From Thermoanaerobaculia bacterium (lineage in GTDB: Bacteria; Acidobacteriota; Thermoanaerobaculia; Multivoradales; JAGPDF01): a DNA stretch of 64,000 nucleotides. Where the stretch lies: assembly GCA_031403995.1 (NCBI GenBank), contig JANNGS010000042.1:4173-68172 (forward strand), read 5' to 3'. The position numbers and the translations under genes were made by a program. This document shows, piece by piece, positions 49,523 to 58,247 of this stretch (the first letter of the stretch is position 1; each line of letters opens with the position of its first letter). The notes beneath the pieces were generated by a model. It saw nothing but the letters and a program-made list of their open reading frames with translations. It was not told where the DNA came from and did no database searches.

Positions 49523-50278
49523 ATGATTCGCCTGCTGGCCCAAGTCCGACGACCTGTGTTTCGCCAACCCCACAGCGGTTTCAGCCGCGTCCCCTTCGTC
49601 CAGGCCTGCACCCTGTCGTGGGACGGTCTCGAAACCACCGGTCTGATCTGCAACCTGTCGATTCTCGGGGTCTACGTTCATATGGAGGTGGAGCTAGAGG
49701 TCCAGCGCGAGGTGACCCTGCGCTTTCGCCTGCCGGACGAAGGACCGGAGATCGAGGCCGCCGCAATCGTCACCTGGGCCAACGATGCCTCGCCCGACAA
49801 CGCGACCGGTTTGCCCCAGGGCTGCGGGCTGCGCTTTCTGCGCGTCGAGCCGGACGCTCTGCGGCGGATCGCGGCGCTGGTGGCGCAGTATCTCGCCGCG
49901 CCCAGAGAGCAGGTTCAGCCGGGCGTCGGCCAGCCGTTCACCGCCAAAGTCCGGATTCCGTTCATCGCCGCCTGCAGGCTCACCGGCCGCTTCGGGACGC
50001 GCCGCGGCAGCGTTTGCAATCTGAGTGTCGTCGGCGTTTACGTCGCCCTCGAGCAGATTCCGGCGCCGGGCGCGCGCGGGCGGATCGCCTTCCGCCTGCC
50101 GCGGAGCGAGAGCGAGCTCGAGACTGATTTCAAGGTGACCTGGCAGAACCCCGACATCCCGAACCGCATGCTGGCGTTGCCGCCCGGCTGCGGCCTGCAC
50201 TTCGAGAACCTCGGGGTGCGCGAGGAGAAGCTGCTCATCGAGCTCGTCAACGAGTATCAGCACGCGATCGCGGAATGA
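49523..50278 (+). CDS. tandem PilZ-domain protein
   Basis: Two copies of RxxxR ... (D/N)xSxxG: RRPVFR / NLSILG and RLTGR / NLSVVG. Confidence 0.65.
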   Translation: MIRLLAQVRRPVFRQPHSGFSRVPFVQACTLSWDGLETTGLICNLSILGVYVHMEVELEVQREVTLRFRLPDEGPEIEAAAIVTWANDASPDNATGLPQGCGLRFLRVEPDALRRIAALVAQYLAAPREQVQPGVGQPFTAKVRIPFIAACRLTGRFGTRRGSVCNLSVVGVYVALEQIPAPGARGRIAFRLPRSESELETDFKVTWQNPDIPNRMLALPPGCGLHFENLGVREEKLLIELVNEYQHAIAE

Positions 50279-51128
50279 GCGACGCCTTCTCGCCTGCGCG
50301 CCCGCCCAGCTCGACTCCGGCCGCGGCGAGCGCCGCCTCGACCTGAGCCGCCCAGCCCCGGTTCGCCGCCGGGGAGGCCGGGCTGGGGTGGGGAATGCGC
50401 GCGATCGCGACTCCGTGCGCTTCGAGCCCCCAGCATCCAGGCGCTTGGCCAGACGCCCGGCGCACGGCCGCCTCGGCGAAGGCGCCGACTGCGATGACCT
50501 GGCGCACGCCGAGCGCGTGGACGACCTCGCCCAAGGCCGCGTCGCAAACCGACTCGAGCGCCGCGCGCTCGCCGCGCGGGAGCTTGTCGGGAGTCAGATT
50601 GCGGCCGCCTTCATCGAGGAATCCGAGCGGACACCAGTTCCAGACGAAGGCGCGGGCGAAGAAGTGCTCGGGGGTGCTGAAGCGGGCCCGCGCCCAGCCC
50701 CACAAGCGCGCCCCCGAGACCTCGCTGCGCTGGCAGGCGAAGCCCTCCACCGGTCGCTTCGGGTGTTCAGCGGGCGGTCGGGAGACCGCGCCTTCGATGC
50801 CGAGCCAGTCGCGTACCATGACGATCTCGCCGAACGGCACGCCGGTCTGCATCATGCCGAACGGACCGGGATTCATGCCGACGAAGAGGAGCTCCTTCGG
50901 ACCGCTGCCCCAGCGCTCGAGATAGCACTCGAGCGGTTCGCGGGCGTAGACCAGCGGGTTGTAGACGTAGGCGACCGGCGGCGCGAAGGCGAGTTGCCCG
51001 GCAGCGGCGGCGAGCCGGCGCGAAATCGCGACGAGCGGCGACTGCGGACCGCTCGTAGCGTTCGAAACGTTCGGAACGATCTGAACGCCCCCCCGGGTCG
51101 CTGCGGCGGGCCGCGCGGCGTCTGGCAT
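50247..51128 (-). CDS. SMUG1-family uracil-DNA glycosylase (UDG family 3)
   Basis: Internal ATG (MPDAARP...) of a 1034-aa artefactual ORF. Motif A LLFVGMNPGPFGMMQTGVPFG and motif B HPSPASPAANRGW. Confidence 0.75.
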   Translation of the reverse strand: MPDAARPAAATRGGVQIVPNVSNATSGPQSPLVAISRRLAAAAGQLAFAPPVAYVYNPLVYAREPLECYLERWGSGPKELLFVGMNPGPFGMMQTGVPFGEIVMVRDWLGIEGAVSRPPAEHPKRPVEGFACQRSEVSGARLWGWARARFSTPEHFFARAFVWNWCPLGFLDEGGRNLTPDKLPRGERAALESVCDAALGEVVHALGVRQVIAVGAFAEAAVRRASGQAPGCWGLEAHGVAIARIPHPSPASPAANRGWAAQVEAALAAAGVELGGRAGEKASLIPRSRADTR

Positions 51129-51176
51129 GGCACGGGAGCGTAACAGTCGCGACGGAAGATAGGATCGGTCGCGATC

Positions 51177-51818
51177 TTGAGCTACTCCGTTCTCACCGAC
51201 TATCCCCGGCGGGCGCACTTCGAGTTTTACCGCGCGCATCCCTCGCCTTTCTACGCGGTGACTTTCGAGCTCGACGCCACTCGCCTGCGCGAGGTCCTCG
51301 CGGACGAAGGGGCGCCTGTCTACGCCGGCCTGTGCTGGCATTTCCATCGCGCGCTGGTGGCGCTCCCGGCCTTCCGCGTGCGCCTGCACGGGGAGGAGCT
51401 GGTGCGCTACGACACGCTGAAGATGGGCATGACGGTCCCCGCGCCGCAGCGGACTTTCACCTTCGCGACCTTCGAGTGGGAGGCGGACTGGCGCAGCTTC
51501 GCCGGCAGTGCCCGAGGTGTCCTCGCCAAGGCCTCGGAGAGGGTCGATCTCTCGGGCGGCAAGGCGCCCGACTTCGCTTACTACACCTCGCTGCCGAAGG
51601 TGCCTTTCACCGCCTTCGCGCACGTCGCACTTGCCGATCCGACGGCGGGCCAGCCGGAGACGGCGTTCGGCCGGATCGTGGATCGCTCGGATCGCGCGGA
51701 GCGCTCGAATCGCTCGGTGGTCCCGGTCGGGGTGCAGGTGAACCACCTGTTCATCGACGGCGGCGATCTGGGCGACCTCTTCGAGGCCGCCCAGGCGAGC
51801 TTCGACAACCCCGGCTGA
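51177..51818 (+). CDS. chloramphenicol-acetyltransferase-like (CAT family) protein
   Basis: 213 aa. C-terminal VQVNHLFIDGGDL resembles the CAT HHxxxDG active-site region. Assignment by pattern only. Confidence 0.45.
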   Translation: MSYSVLTDYPRRAHFEFYRAHPSPFYAVTFELDATRLREVLADEGAPVYAGLCWHFHRALVALPAFRVRLHGEELVRYDTLKMGMTVPAPQRTFTFATFEWEADWRSFAGSARGVLAKASERVDLSGGKAPDFAYYTSLPKVPFTAFAHVALADPTAGQPETAFGRIVDRSDRAERSNRSVVPVGVQVNHLFIDGGDLGDLFEAAQASFDNPG

Positions 51819-51854
51819 GGCGACTCCCGGAGCGGCCGGAGTAGAATTCGCGCC

Positions 51855-53381
51855 ATGGCGAAAGAATCGTCGGTCGTCCTCCAGGGTGTTGCGCGGGTGC
51901 AGGGCGAGCGTCCGGCGCTCGAGTTCGGTAGCGCCTGGGAGTACTCGCCGGCGCCTGAGTCGACCTCTCACGTTCGTCTCCAGAAGCGCTACGACCTGTT
52001 CATCGGCGGCAAGTTCGTCGCGCCAAAGTCGGGCCGGTACTTCGACACCGTGAATCCGGCGACGGAGGAGAAGCTCGCCGAGGTCGCCGAGGCCGGCGAG
52101 GCCGACGTCGAGGCCGCCGTCCGCGCCGCTGAAGTGGGACTGCGCGCCTGGTCGAAGTTGAAGCCGATCGAGCGCGGCAAGTACCTCTACCGCATCGCCC
52201 GCCTGCTGCAGGAGAAGGCGCGCGAGTTCGCGATTCTCGAGACGATGGACGGCGGCAAGCCGATCAAGGAGTCGCGCGACGTCGACATCCCGCTCGCCGC
52301 GGCGCACTTCTTCTACCACGCCGGGTGGGCGGACAAGCTGGCGTATGTCTTCCCGGGGAGCGGCGCCACGGGCCCGAGGGTGCCGCGACCGATCGGCGTC
52401 TGCGGCCAGATCATCCCGTGGAACTTCCCGCTCCTCATGGCGGCGTGGAAGATCGCCCCGGCGCTCGCCTGCGGCAACACGGTGGTGCTCAAGCCGGCCG
52501 AGACGACGCCGCTCACCGCGCTGCACCTGGCGAAGATCTTCGAGGAGGCCGAGCTCCCGGCGGGGGTCGTCAACATCCTGCCGGGTGCCGGCGAGACCGG
52601 CGCGCACCTCGTGAACCACCCGCGGGTGAAGAAGATCGCCTTCACCGGCTCGACCGAGGTCGGCAAACTCATCCAGCGCGCCACCGCGGCATCGGGCAAG
52701 CGCCTCACCCTCGAGCTCGGCGGCAAAGCGGCGAACATCGTCTTCGCCGACGCCGCGCTCGACCAGGCGGTCGAGGGCATCGTCAACGGCATCTACTTCA
52801 ACCAGGGGCACGTCTGCTGCGCCGGCTCGCGGCTGCTGGTCGAAGAGTCGGTGGCCGATGCGGTCATCGCCAAGCTCGACTGGCGGATCCGCCAGCTCCG
52901 CGTCGGCGATCCGCTCGACAAGAACACCGACGTTGGCGCGATCAACTCGCGCGCCCAGCTCGAGAAGATCCGCGAGATGACCGCCTACGGCGTCGAAGAA
53001 GGCGCGCTCCTGCATCAGTCTTCCTGTGCGCTGCCGGAGCGCGGTTTCTTCTTCCCGCCGACCTACTTCACCGAGGTCGCGCAGTCGCACCGCATCGCCC
53101 GCGAGGAGATCTTCGGCCCGGTGCTGGCGGTGATGACCTTCCGCACCGCCGACGAGGCGATCGAGAAAGCGAACAACCTCGAATACGGCCTCTCGGCCGG
53201 GGTCTGGACCGACAAGGGCGCCAAGGTCTTCGCGATGACCAAGCGCCTGAAGGCCGGCGTCGTCTGGGCGAACACCTTCAACAAGTTCGACCCCACCAGC
53301 CCCTTCGGCGGCTACAAAGAGTCCGGCTTCGGCCGCGAAGGTGGCCTCCACGGTCTCGAGGCGTATCTGGACCTCGGCTAG
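51855..53381 (+). CDS. NAD(P)-dependent aldehyde dehydrogenase
   Basis: ALDH motifs FTGSTEVGK, ELGGKA and catalytic Cys region GQVCCAGSR. Confidence 0.9.
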   Translation: MAKESSVVLQGVARVQGERPALEFGSAWEYSPAPESTSHVRLQKRYDLFIGGKFVAPKSGRYFDTVNPATEEKLAEVAEAGEADVEAAVRAAEVGLRAWSKLKPIERGKYLYRIARLLQEKAREFAILETMDGGKPIKESRDVDIPLAAAHFFYHAGWADKLAYVFPGSGATGPRVPRPIGVCGQIIPWNFPLLMAAWKIAPALACGNTVVLKPAETTPLTALHLAKIFEEAELPAGVVNILPGAGETGAHLVNHPRVKKIAFTGSTEVGKLIQRATAASGKRLTLELGGKAANIVFADAALDQAVEGIVNGIYFNQGHVCCAGSRLLVEESVADAVIAKLDWRIRQLRVGDPLDKNTDVGAINSRAQLEKIREMTAYGVEEGALLHQSSCALPERGFFFPPTYFTEVAQSHRIAREEIFGPVLAVMTFRTADEAIEKANNLEYGLSAGVWTDKGAKVFAMTKRLKAGVVWANTFNKFDPTSPFGGYKESGFGREGGLHGLEAYLDLG

Positions 53382-53395
53382 TTCAGTGCTAGACG

Positions 53396-54634
53396 TTGAG
53401 CCTTCAGCAGCTTCCTGATCGCGTGCACCTGGAGCCAGTAGAGATGCCCTACGAGACTTTTAGAGTTCAGCGGGCAGCCCGTGAGCCAATCGCCAAGTGG
53501 ATGATCGAGGCTCTGGAGCTCTCAGGTTGTCGCTTGCTCTTCGCCTCTGAACTGGACAAGGCCCCATTCAGGTATACGTTCGAGACTCCGATGGGAGAGC
53601 GCATTGGTATCGTCGCTTACGCGTTTCTGGCGAATTCGAGAGCGACAAAGAACCGACCGGCGGACGAACATCGGTTTCAGATCAAGTACGGCGGTAAAGA
53701 CGATCGAACGCACGAGATCTTCCAAGATCCGTTTCAGCTCTACACAACAATATTTGTCGGAATCAATCCAGAGAGTGGGTTTTTCGTTGCCGCAGATCCC
53801 ACGATACACAGCCCAACGCGGTTCTTCATCTCATTGGAGTTCAAGCAACATGACGTTGATCGCGCATTGAAGACCGGATGGGCAAGCTGGGAGCGATCGA
53901 GGTTAGGTACTAGAGTTGCCCGAATTGAAGAGCCGATCGAGGTTCTTGTTGCTGGCACAAAGAAGAACTTCTTACGCCTCATTCGGTTTGAGCGCGCTGC
54001 AGTCGGGCTAGATCCGGGCCACCGTCAGTTACTTGCCGAGAAGTTTGGAGAAGAATCGCTGCTCAGGCTCCCGAAGCTCGCGGCGAAACCCACGACCTCC
54101 AAAGGCTTGAAAGTTCCGCACTCGATTGCTCAAGAATTCCAGCTGGAGCAATCAGAGATTCTTGACCTCATTCAGAGCGCCCCTCGCCTCAAGATGGCAG
54201 TAAGAGGATGGGTGGCTGAAGAGCAGCTTCGGAGGAAGCTTGTGACCATTCCCGGTGTAGAGGACTGCGTCCGAATGGAAACAGAAGGTGGAGCGGACCT
54301 TCGACTGCGATATTTAGGGAGCCGAAAGCTAGAGGTGGAGTGCAAGAACGTACTCCGTCAAACGCTTGCCGACGGGACGATCCGGTTAGACTTTCAGCGC
54401 ACACGAGCTTCGAAGAGCGATCCCTGTTCACGCTACTACGCGGCCAAGGATTTTGACATCGTTGCTGCGTGCCTTCACTCGCGCACCGAGCGATGGGAAT
54501 TCCGTTATGTTCTCACCGGAGCGCTCGATGCCCACGCCGTTTGCAAGGGCAAGCTGGATCATCGTGTTCGGCTCGACGATCGCTGGACAAGCAATGTTCA
54601 GAAGGTCTTGGAGGCCGCAGCCTCGTCGACGTAA
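53396..54634 (+). CDS. putative Type II restriction endonuclease (PD-(D/E)xK, C-terminal catalytic domain)
   Basis: 412 aa in a lower-GC patch, convergent with a C5-MTase. C-terminal ...EGGADLRLRYLGSRKLEVECKNVLRQTL... fits D-x13-ExK. The CK(D/N)x(W/L)RQxL segment is reminiscent of EcoRII-C-type enzymes. The N-terminal 280 aa have no recognisable domain. Confidence 0.5.
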   Translation: MSLQQLPDRVHLEPVEMPYETFRVQRAAREPIAKWMIEALELSGCRLLFASELDKAPFRYTFETPMGERIGIVAYAFLANSRATKNRPADEHRFQIKYGGKDDRTHEIFQDPFQLYTTIFVGINPESGFFVAADPTIHSPTRFFISLEFKQHDVDRALKTGWASWERSRLGTRVARIEEPIEVLVAGTKKNFLRLIRFERAAVGLDPGHRQLLAEKFGEESLLRLPKLAAKPTTSKGLKVPHSIAQEFQLEQSEILDLIQSAPRLKMAVRGWVAEEQLRRKLVTIPGVEDCVRMETEGGADLRLRYLGSRKLEVECKNVLRQTLADGTIRLDFQRTRASKSDPCSRYYAAKDFDIVAACLHSRTERWEFRYVLTGALDAHAVCKGKLDHRVRLDDRWTSNVQKVLEAAASST

Positions 54635-54662
54635 ATCACCCTTCGTCGCGCTTCGAGCAGGA

Positions 54663-56420
54663 TCACCCTATTGCGGTTTGGACAGGAGCCACAGGAGCAT
54701 CGACACTTCGACGTCGAGATGCTCCAAAGCCCTTCCCCGTTCCAGGGTGAGCGTCGTGGACTCCGACCAAAGAGCGATACCTGGCAGGGACCCTTGAGAC
54801 TGGCTCAGGCGCCGGGATCGGGCGATTCGGTTGGGGAAGGAGTGTGGCTTCCTGCGAGAGGGTGTCGGCAAGAAGCTGGGTGCGTATGGCGCGAGCCAGC
54901 ACCTCTGCGAGTCCAGATGGGACTGCATTCCCAAGTTGGCGCTGAACCGAAGTGAGGTTTCCAGAGATTCGATAGCCCTCGGGAAATGTCTGTAGCCTGC
55001 ATAGTTCTCGCGGTGAGAGCCGTCGGTTCTTCCAGTGGAACGGACCAACAGCAGGTCCTGGTTGAGCCTGTAGAGTCCAAGAAGGGCGGTTCTTCGCAAG
55101 CTTGAGGAGGAATGTCCAAAACCGGCGCCGCCACCCAAAGAGCGGGAGGCCGTGCCCGCGCTCCGTATGCCAGAGATAGTTTTCTCCCTCCGGGATCGTG
55201 GGGAGCAAGTCAGCCCACTTGCCTCGCGCTCCGAGATCTTCCGAAGCCACTTCCTCAAGGTCTCCGATTGCATCCCAAGCGGTCAAGTATGGAGCCCCAC
55301 CGAGTAATGGAAATCCCTTTTCTGGATCGAAGTGAGTCGGGTCCGGGAACTCAAATCGGTGTCCGTCTCGTGAACCGACCACGAACACGCGCTCACGAGT
55401 CTGTGGAACACCGTAGTCGGCAGCGTTCAGTTGCGCAACTTGAATCGAGTAGTTCACACATCTTGCTCTATTGATCTCTTCGATGGTCCTGCGAACGAGC
55501 TCTAGGCCCTCACTCTTGCCCTTGAAAGCGAGTCCAGGGACGTTCTCGAGCAAGAATGCCCTCGGAAGAGTGTCTCGAAGTACTCGAAGATAGGCGCCAA
55601 TAGTCCCTGCCCGTGCATCGTCGAGCCGAAGCGAATCGCCCGTCGACCAGTAACCTGCCTTTGAGAAGGGCTGACAGGGTGGCCCTCCGATCAGGATGTC
55701 CGCCTCGCCGATTGTGAGGCCAGCAGTAGCCAGCAGTTCCTCTGAGCCGATTGTGTGAATGTCCCGGTCAATTACAGGCCACTTGCGATTGGCGCGGAGG
55801 GTCTCTACAGCGTCGCGGTCAAGCTCTACAGCGACTCTCGTTTCGAAGCCGGCAGCCTCGAAGCCAAGATCCAGCCCACCTGCGCCGCTAAAGAGGCTGA
55901 TCACCGAACGGGGGAGTTGATGGGCGGTCGGAGACTTCATGATTACGCCCTGTTTACGCCATTCTCGCGCCTTTGTCAAGTGGTGCGCCACATGCGCGGC
56001 TGCCGCAACCGGATCGCGCTTTATATCGGATTCCCACAAGCGCACAACGGTAAATCCCTGCAATCGCAGCTGCTTACTTACTCGTCGATCTCTCGCTCTA
56101 TTCGCGGCAATCTTCGACACCCAATAGCTGGCGTTGTTGCCCTTTTCCAATAGCTTCCGCCGATGGTTCCAGTTGCGGCCATGCCAGAAGTCCCCGTCGC
56201 AGAAGACCGCGACCTTGAGGCGCGGGAACACGAAGTCCGGTTTTCCGGGGATCGATTCACTGTTCCGCGAAGGGCGTACGCGAATCCTCCGAAGCGCGAG
56301 CTCTAGGGCAGTCTCGCATTGCGTCCCTCGCTTTCGACTAGATCCACGTGCGGCCTTAGAGGCCTGCTCAGTGGACGGCAGTCGCCCTTTGAATCGAGGA
56401 GCCTTGGGAATCGGAGCCAT
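54663..56420 (-). CDS. Vsr (very-short-patch-repair endonuclease) domain fused in frame to a DNA (cytosine-5)-methyltransferase
   Basis: N-terminal 150 aa: Vsr pattern SESIPGKPDFVFPRLKVAVFCDGDFWHGRNW...NASYWVSKIAANRARDRRVSKQLRLQGFTVVRLWESD. Then C5-MTase motifs I (SLFSGAGGLDLGF), IV (GGPPCQPFSKAG), VI (ENV), VIII (QLNAADYGVPQTRERVFVVG). No stop between the domains. Internal ATG at 55940 (MKSPTAH...) is an alternative MTase start. Confidence 0.8.
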   Translation of the reverse strand: MAPIPKAPRFKGRLPSTEQASKAARGSSRKRGTQCETALELALRRIRVRPSRNSESIPGKPDFVFPRLKVAVFCDGDFWHGRNWNHRRKLLEKGNNASYWVSKIAANRARDRRVSKQLRLQGFTVVRLWESDIKRDPVAAAAHVAHHLTKAREWRKQGVIMKSPTAHQLPRSVISLFSGAGGLDLGFEAAGFETRVAVELDRDAVETLRANRKWPVIDRDIHTIGSEELLATAGLTIGEADILIGGPPCQPFSKAGYWSTGDSLRLDDARAGTIGAYLRVLRDTLPRAFLLENVPGLAFKGKSEGLELVRRTIEEINRARCVNYSIQVAQLNAADYGVPQTRERVFVVGSRDGHRFEFPDPTHFDPEKGFPLLGGAPYLTAWDAIGDLEEVASEDLGARGKWADLLPTIPEGENYLWHTERGHGLPLFGWRRRFWTFLLKLAKNRPSWTLQAQPGPAVGPFHWKNRRLSPRELCRLQTFPEGYRISGNLTSVQRQLGNAVPSGLAEVLARAIRTQLLADTLSQEATLLPQPNRPIPAPEPVSRVPARYRSLVGVHDAHPGTGKGFGASRRRSVDAPVAPVQTAIG

Positions 56421-56546
56421 GCCTTTCGAGCTTACCCTAGGAACTGGCGCGTGACTTTGAAGTAGTGGCGGTCGGTACTGGCTCAGTTTGAAATGGGCGC
56501 ACTCCGTGGTGGTGCCAGCGTCATGCGGGCCGGCCGGCGTCTGAGA

Positions 56547-58190
56547 TCAGAGCTGGCTCGCCGACCAGCGCGAGCTTCCCCCGCTGGCGAAGCCGTCGCA
56601 GAAGAGCGAGCCGCGCAGGACGATCTCGGCGCCGGCGGAATTGAGCCCCCCGATGTCCTCCTCCGGCGCCCCGACGGCGAGGTCGTCGTGGCCGTCGCCG
56701 TCGAAGTCCCCGGCGGCGAGCGCCCAGCCGAATGCGCTGGACTGATTGCCCGGCCCGGCAACGCCTTCCTGTCCCTCATAGAAGGTCCACGTGCGGGCCG
56801 CGGTCAGCCCTGAGCCGCCTCCCATCAGGATCGAGATCTGGCCGCTGTCGACCGCAGTCTGATCCTCGCGCGGCGTGCCGATCACCAGGTCGTCGCGCCC
56901 GTCGTTGTCGAAGTCGCCGGCAGCCAGGCTGAAGCCGAAGAGATCCTGCGCCTCGTCGTGCCCGGCGCCGATGACGTTGCCCTGCGCCAAGTACTGGGTG
57001 CGCGAGAGGTCGAAGCGGGACGGCGAGCCGTAGATGGTGAACGCCGCGCCAGTGTTGACGATCGAGTTGGCGGGACCGAGGTCTTCGAACGGGCTGCCGA
57101 TCGCGAGGTCGTCGTGGCCGTCGCCATCGAAGTCGCCCGCCGCCAGGGCCTGGCCGAAGAGGTCTCCGCCCTCGCTCTGGCCGCCGATGCTCGTCTCCTG
57201 CCAAAGTTCGTTTTCCGCGAAGAGCAGGCCCCACTGGCTGCCGAAGACGATCTGGATCGCCCCCACGCCAGCCTCTCCCGGAACTCCGATGGCCAGGTCG
57301 TCGTAGCCGTTGGCGTCGAAGTCCCCGGTCGCGAGAGCGGCGCCGAAGCGATCGCCGGCGTCAGGTGCGCCGAAGAGCCCGTCGAGACCCTGGTACATCC
57401 AGTAGCCGTAGAACGGCATGACCCCACCGATGCCGCCGTGCAGGACGATCACGCTACCGGCATTGTCGATGTCGCCGGAGAAGTCTTCCGGGGCGCCGAT
57501 CGCGAGGTCGTCGTAGCCGTCGCCGTCGAAGTCGCCCGCCGCCAGGGCAGTGCCGAAGTTGTCGCCGACCTCCGGGGCCCCGGGCAGCCCGTCCGCTCCC
57601 TGGCGGAGAAAATGTTCGCCCGTCGTCTCGATCCCACCCGGGAGACCGTAGTGGATCGACACGCCGCCCGACTGCGCGGCGCCGGTCTGGTTGTAAGGCA
57701 CACCGACCGCGAGGTCGTCGCGTCCGTCGCCGTTGAAGTCGCCGACCGCCAGGCGCAAGCCGAAGCTGTCCTGGTTTTGCGCCGGATCGGTGCTGCCGGG
57801 GAACTGCTGACTCAGCACGGTCTGGGCGAGCCCGCCGGCCAGGCCGCTCCCCGCGACGCCCCAGCGCACGACGACCAGGCCGCAGGCGAAGCAGTTACTG
57901 CCGACGAGGCCGTTATGGGAGGGTATCCCGGTGGCCAGGTCGGCCACTCCGTCGCCGTTGAAGTCGCCGGCCGCGACTGCGTAGCCGAACGTGTCGAAGG
58001 CCCCGGGAACGAAGAAGAGCAGGTCCTCGTTGCCGTACCATCTGCTGCCCACGGCGGAGAGTCCGACGGAGAGCGGTTGCGCGCCAGCAGGGTCGGCCAC
58101 CGGGAGAACGCAGAGGGCGCCGAGCGTGAGGACGAGAGCCTTCGCGCGAGCCGGGAGAGCGAGACGGAAGATGCGAATCCAGGTCTTCAT
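56547..58190 (-). CDS. FG-GAP (integrin-alpha-like) repeat protein, secreted
   Basis: Signal peptide MKTWIRIFRLALPARAKALVLTLGALCVLPVADPAGA. Seven or more repeats of GDFNGDGxDDLAxG. Confidence 0.8.
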   Translation of the reverse strand: MKTWIRIFRLALPARAKALVLTLGALCVLPVADPAGAQPLSVGLSAVGSRWYGNEDLLFFVPGAFDTFGYAVAAGDFNGDGVADLATGIPSHNGLVGSNCFACGLVVVRWGVAGSGLAGGLAQTVLSQQFPGSTDPAQNQDSFGLRLAVGDFNGDGRDDLAVGVPYNQTGAAQSGGVSIHYGLPGGIETTGEHFLRQGADGLPGAPEVGDNFGTALAAGDFDGDGYDDLAIGAPEDFSGDIDNAGSVIVLHGGIGGVMPFYGYWMYQGLDGLFGAPDAGDRFGAALATGDFDANGYDDLAIGVPGEAGVGAIQIVFGSQWGLLFAENELWQETSIGGQSEGGDLFGQALAAGDFDGDGHDDLAIGSPFEDLGPANSIVNTGAAFTIYGSPSRFDLSRTQYLAQGNVIGAGHDEAQDLFGFSLAAGDFDNDGRDDLVIGTPREDQTAVDSGQISILMGGGSGLTAARTWTFYEGQEGVAGPGNQSSAFGWALAAGDFDGDGHDDLAVGAPEEDIGGLNSAGAEIVLRGSLFCDGFASGGSSRWSASQL

Positions 58191-58247
58191 GCTCACTACG
58201 CGCAGACCGGCACGCTCGCGGCTCACGGCGCAGGTCCCGCGGGTGGG

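Noticed and set aside
51129-53351. Continuation of the 1034-aa minus-strand ORF (50247..53351) beyond the SMUG1-like domain
   Set aside because: It is antisense to the well-supported CAT-like and aldehyde dehydrogenase genes. Only the last ~294 aa (50247-51128) have a recognisable fold. Long antisense ORFs are expected at 70% GC.
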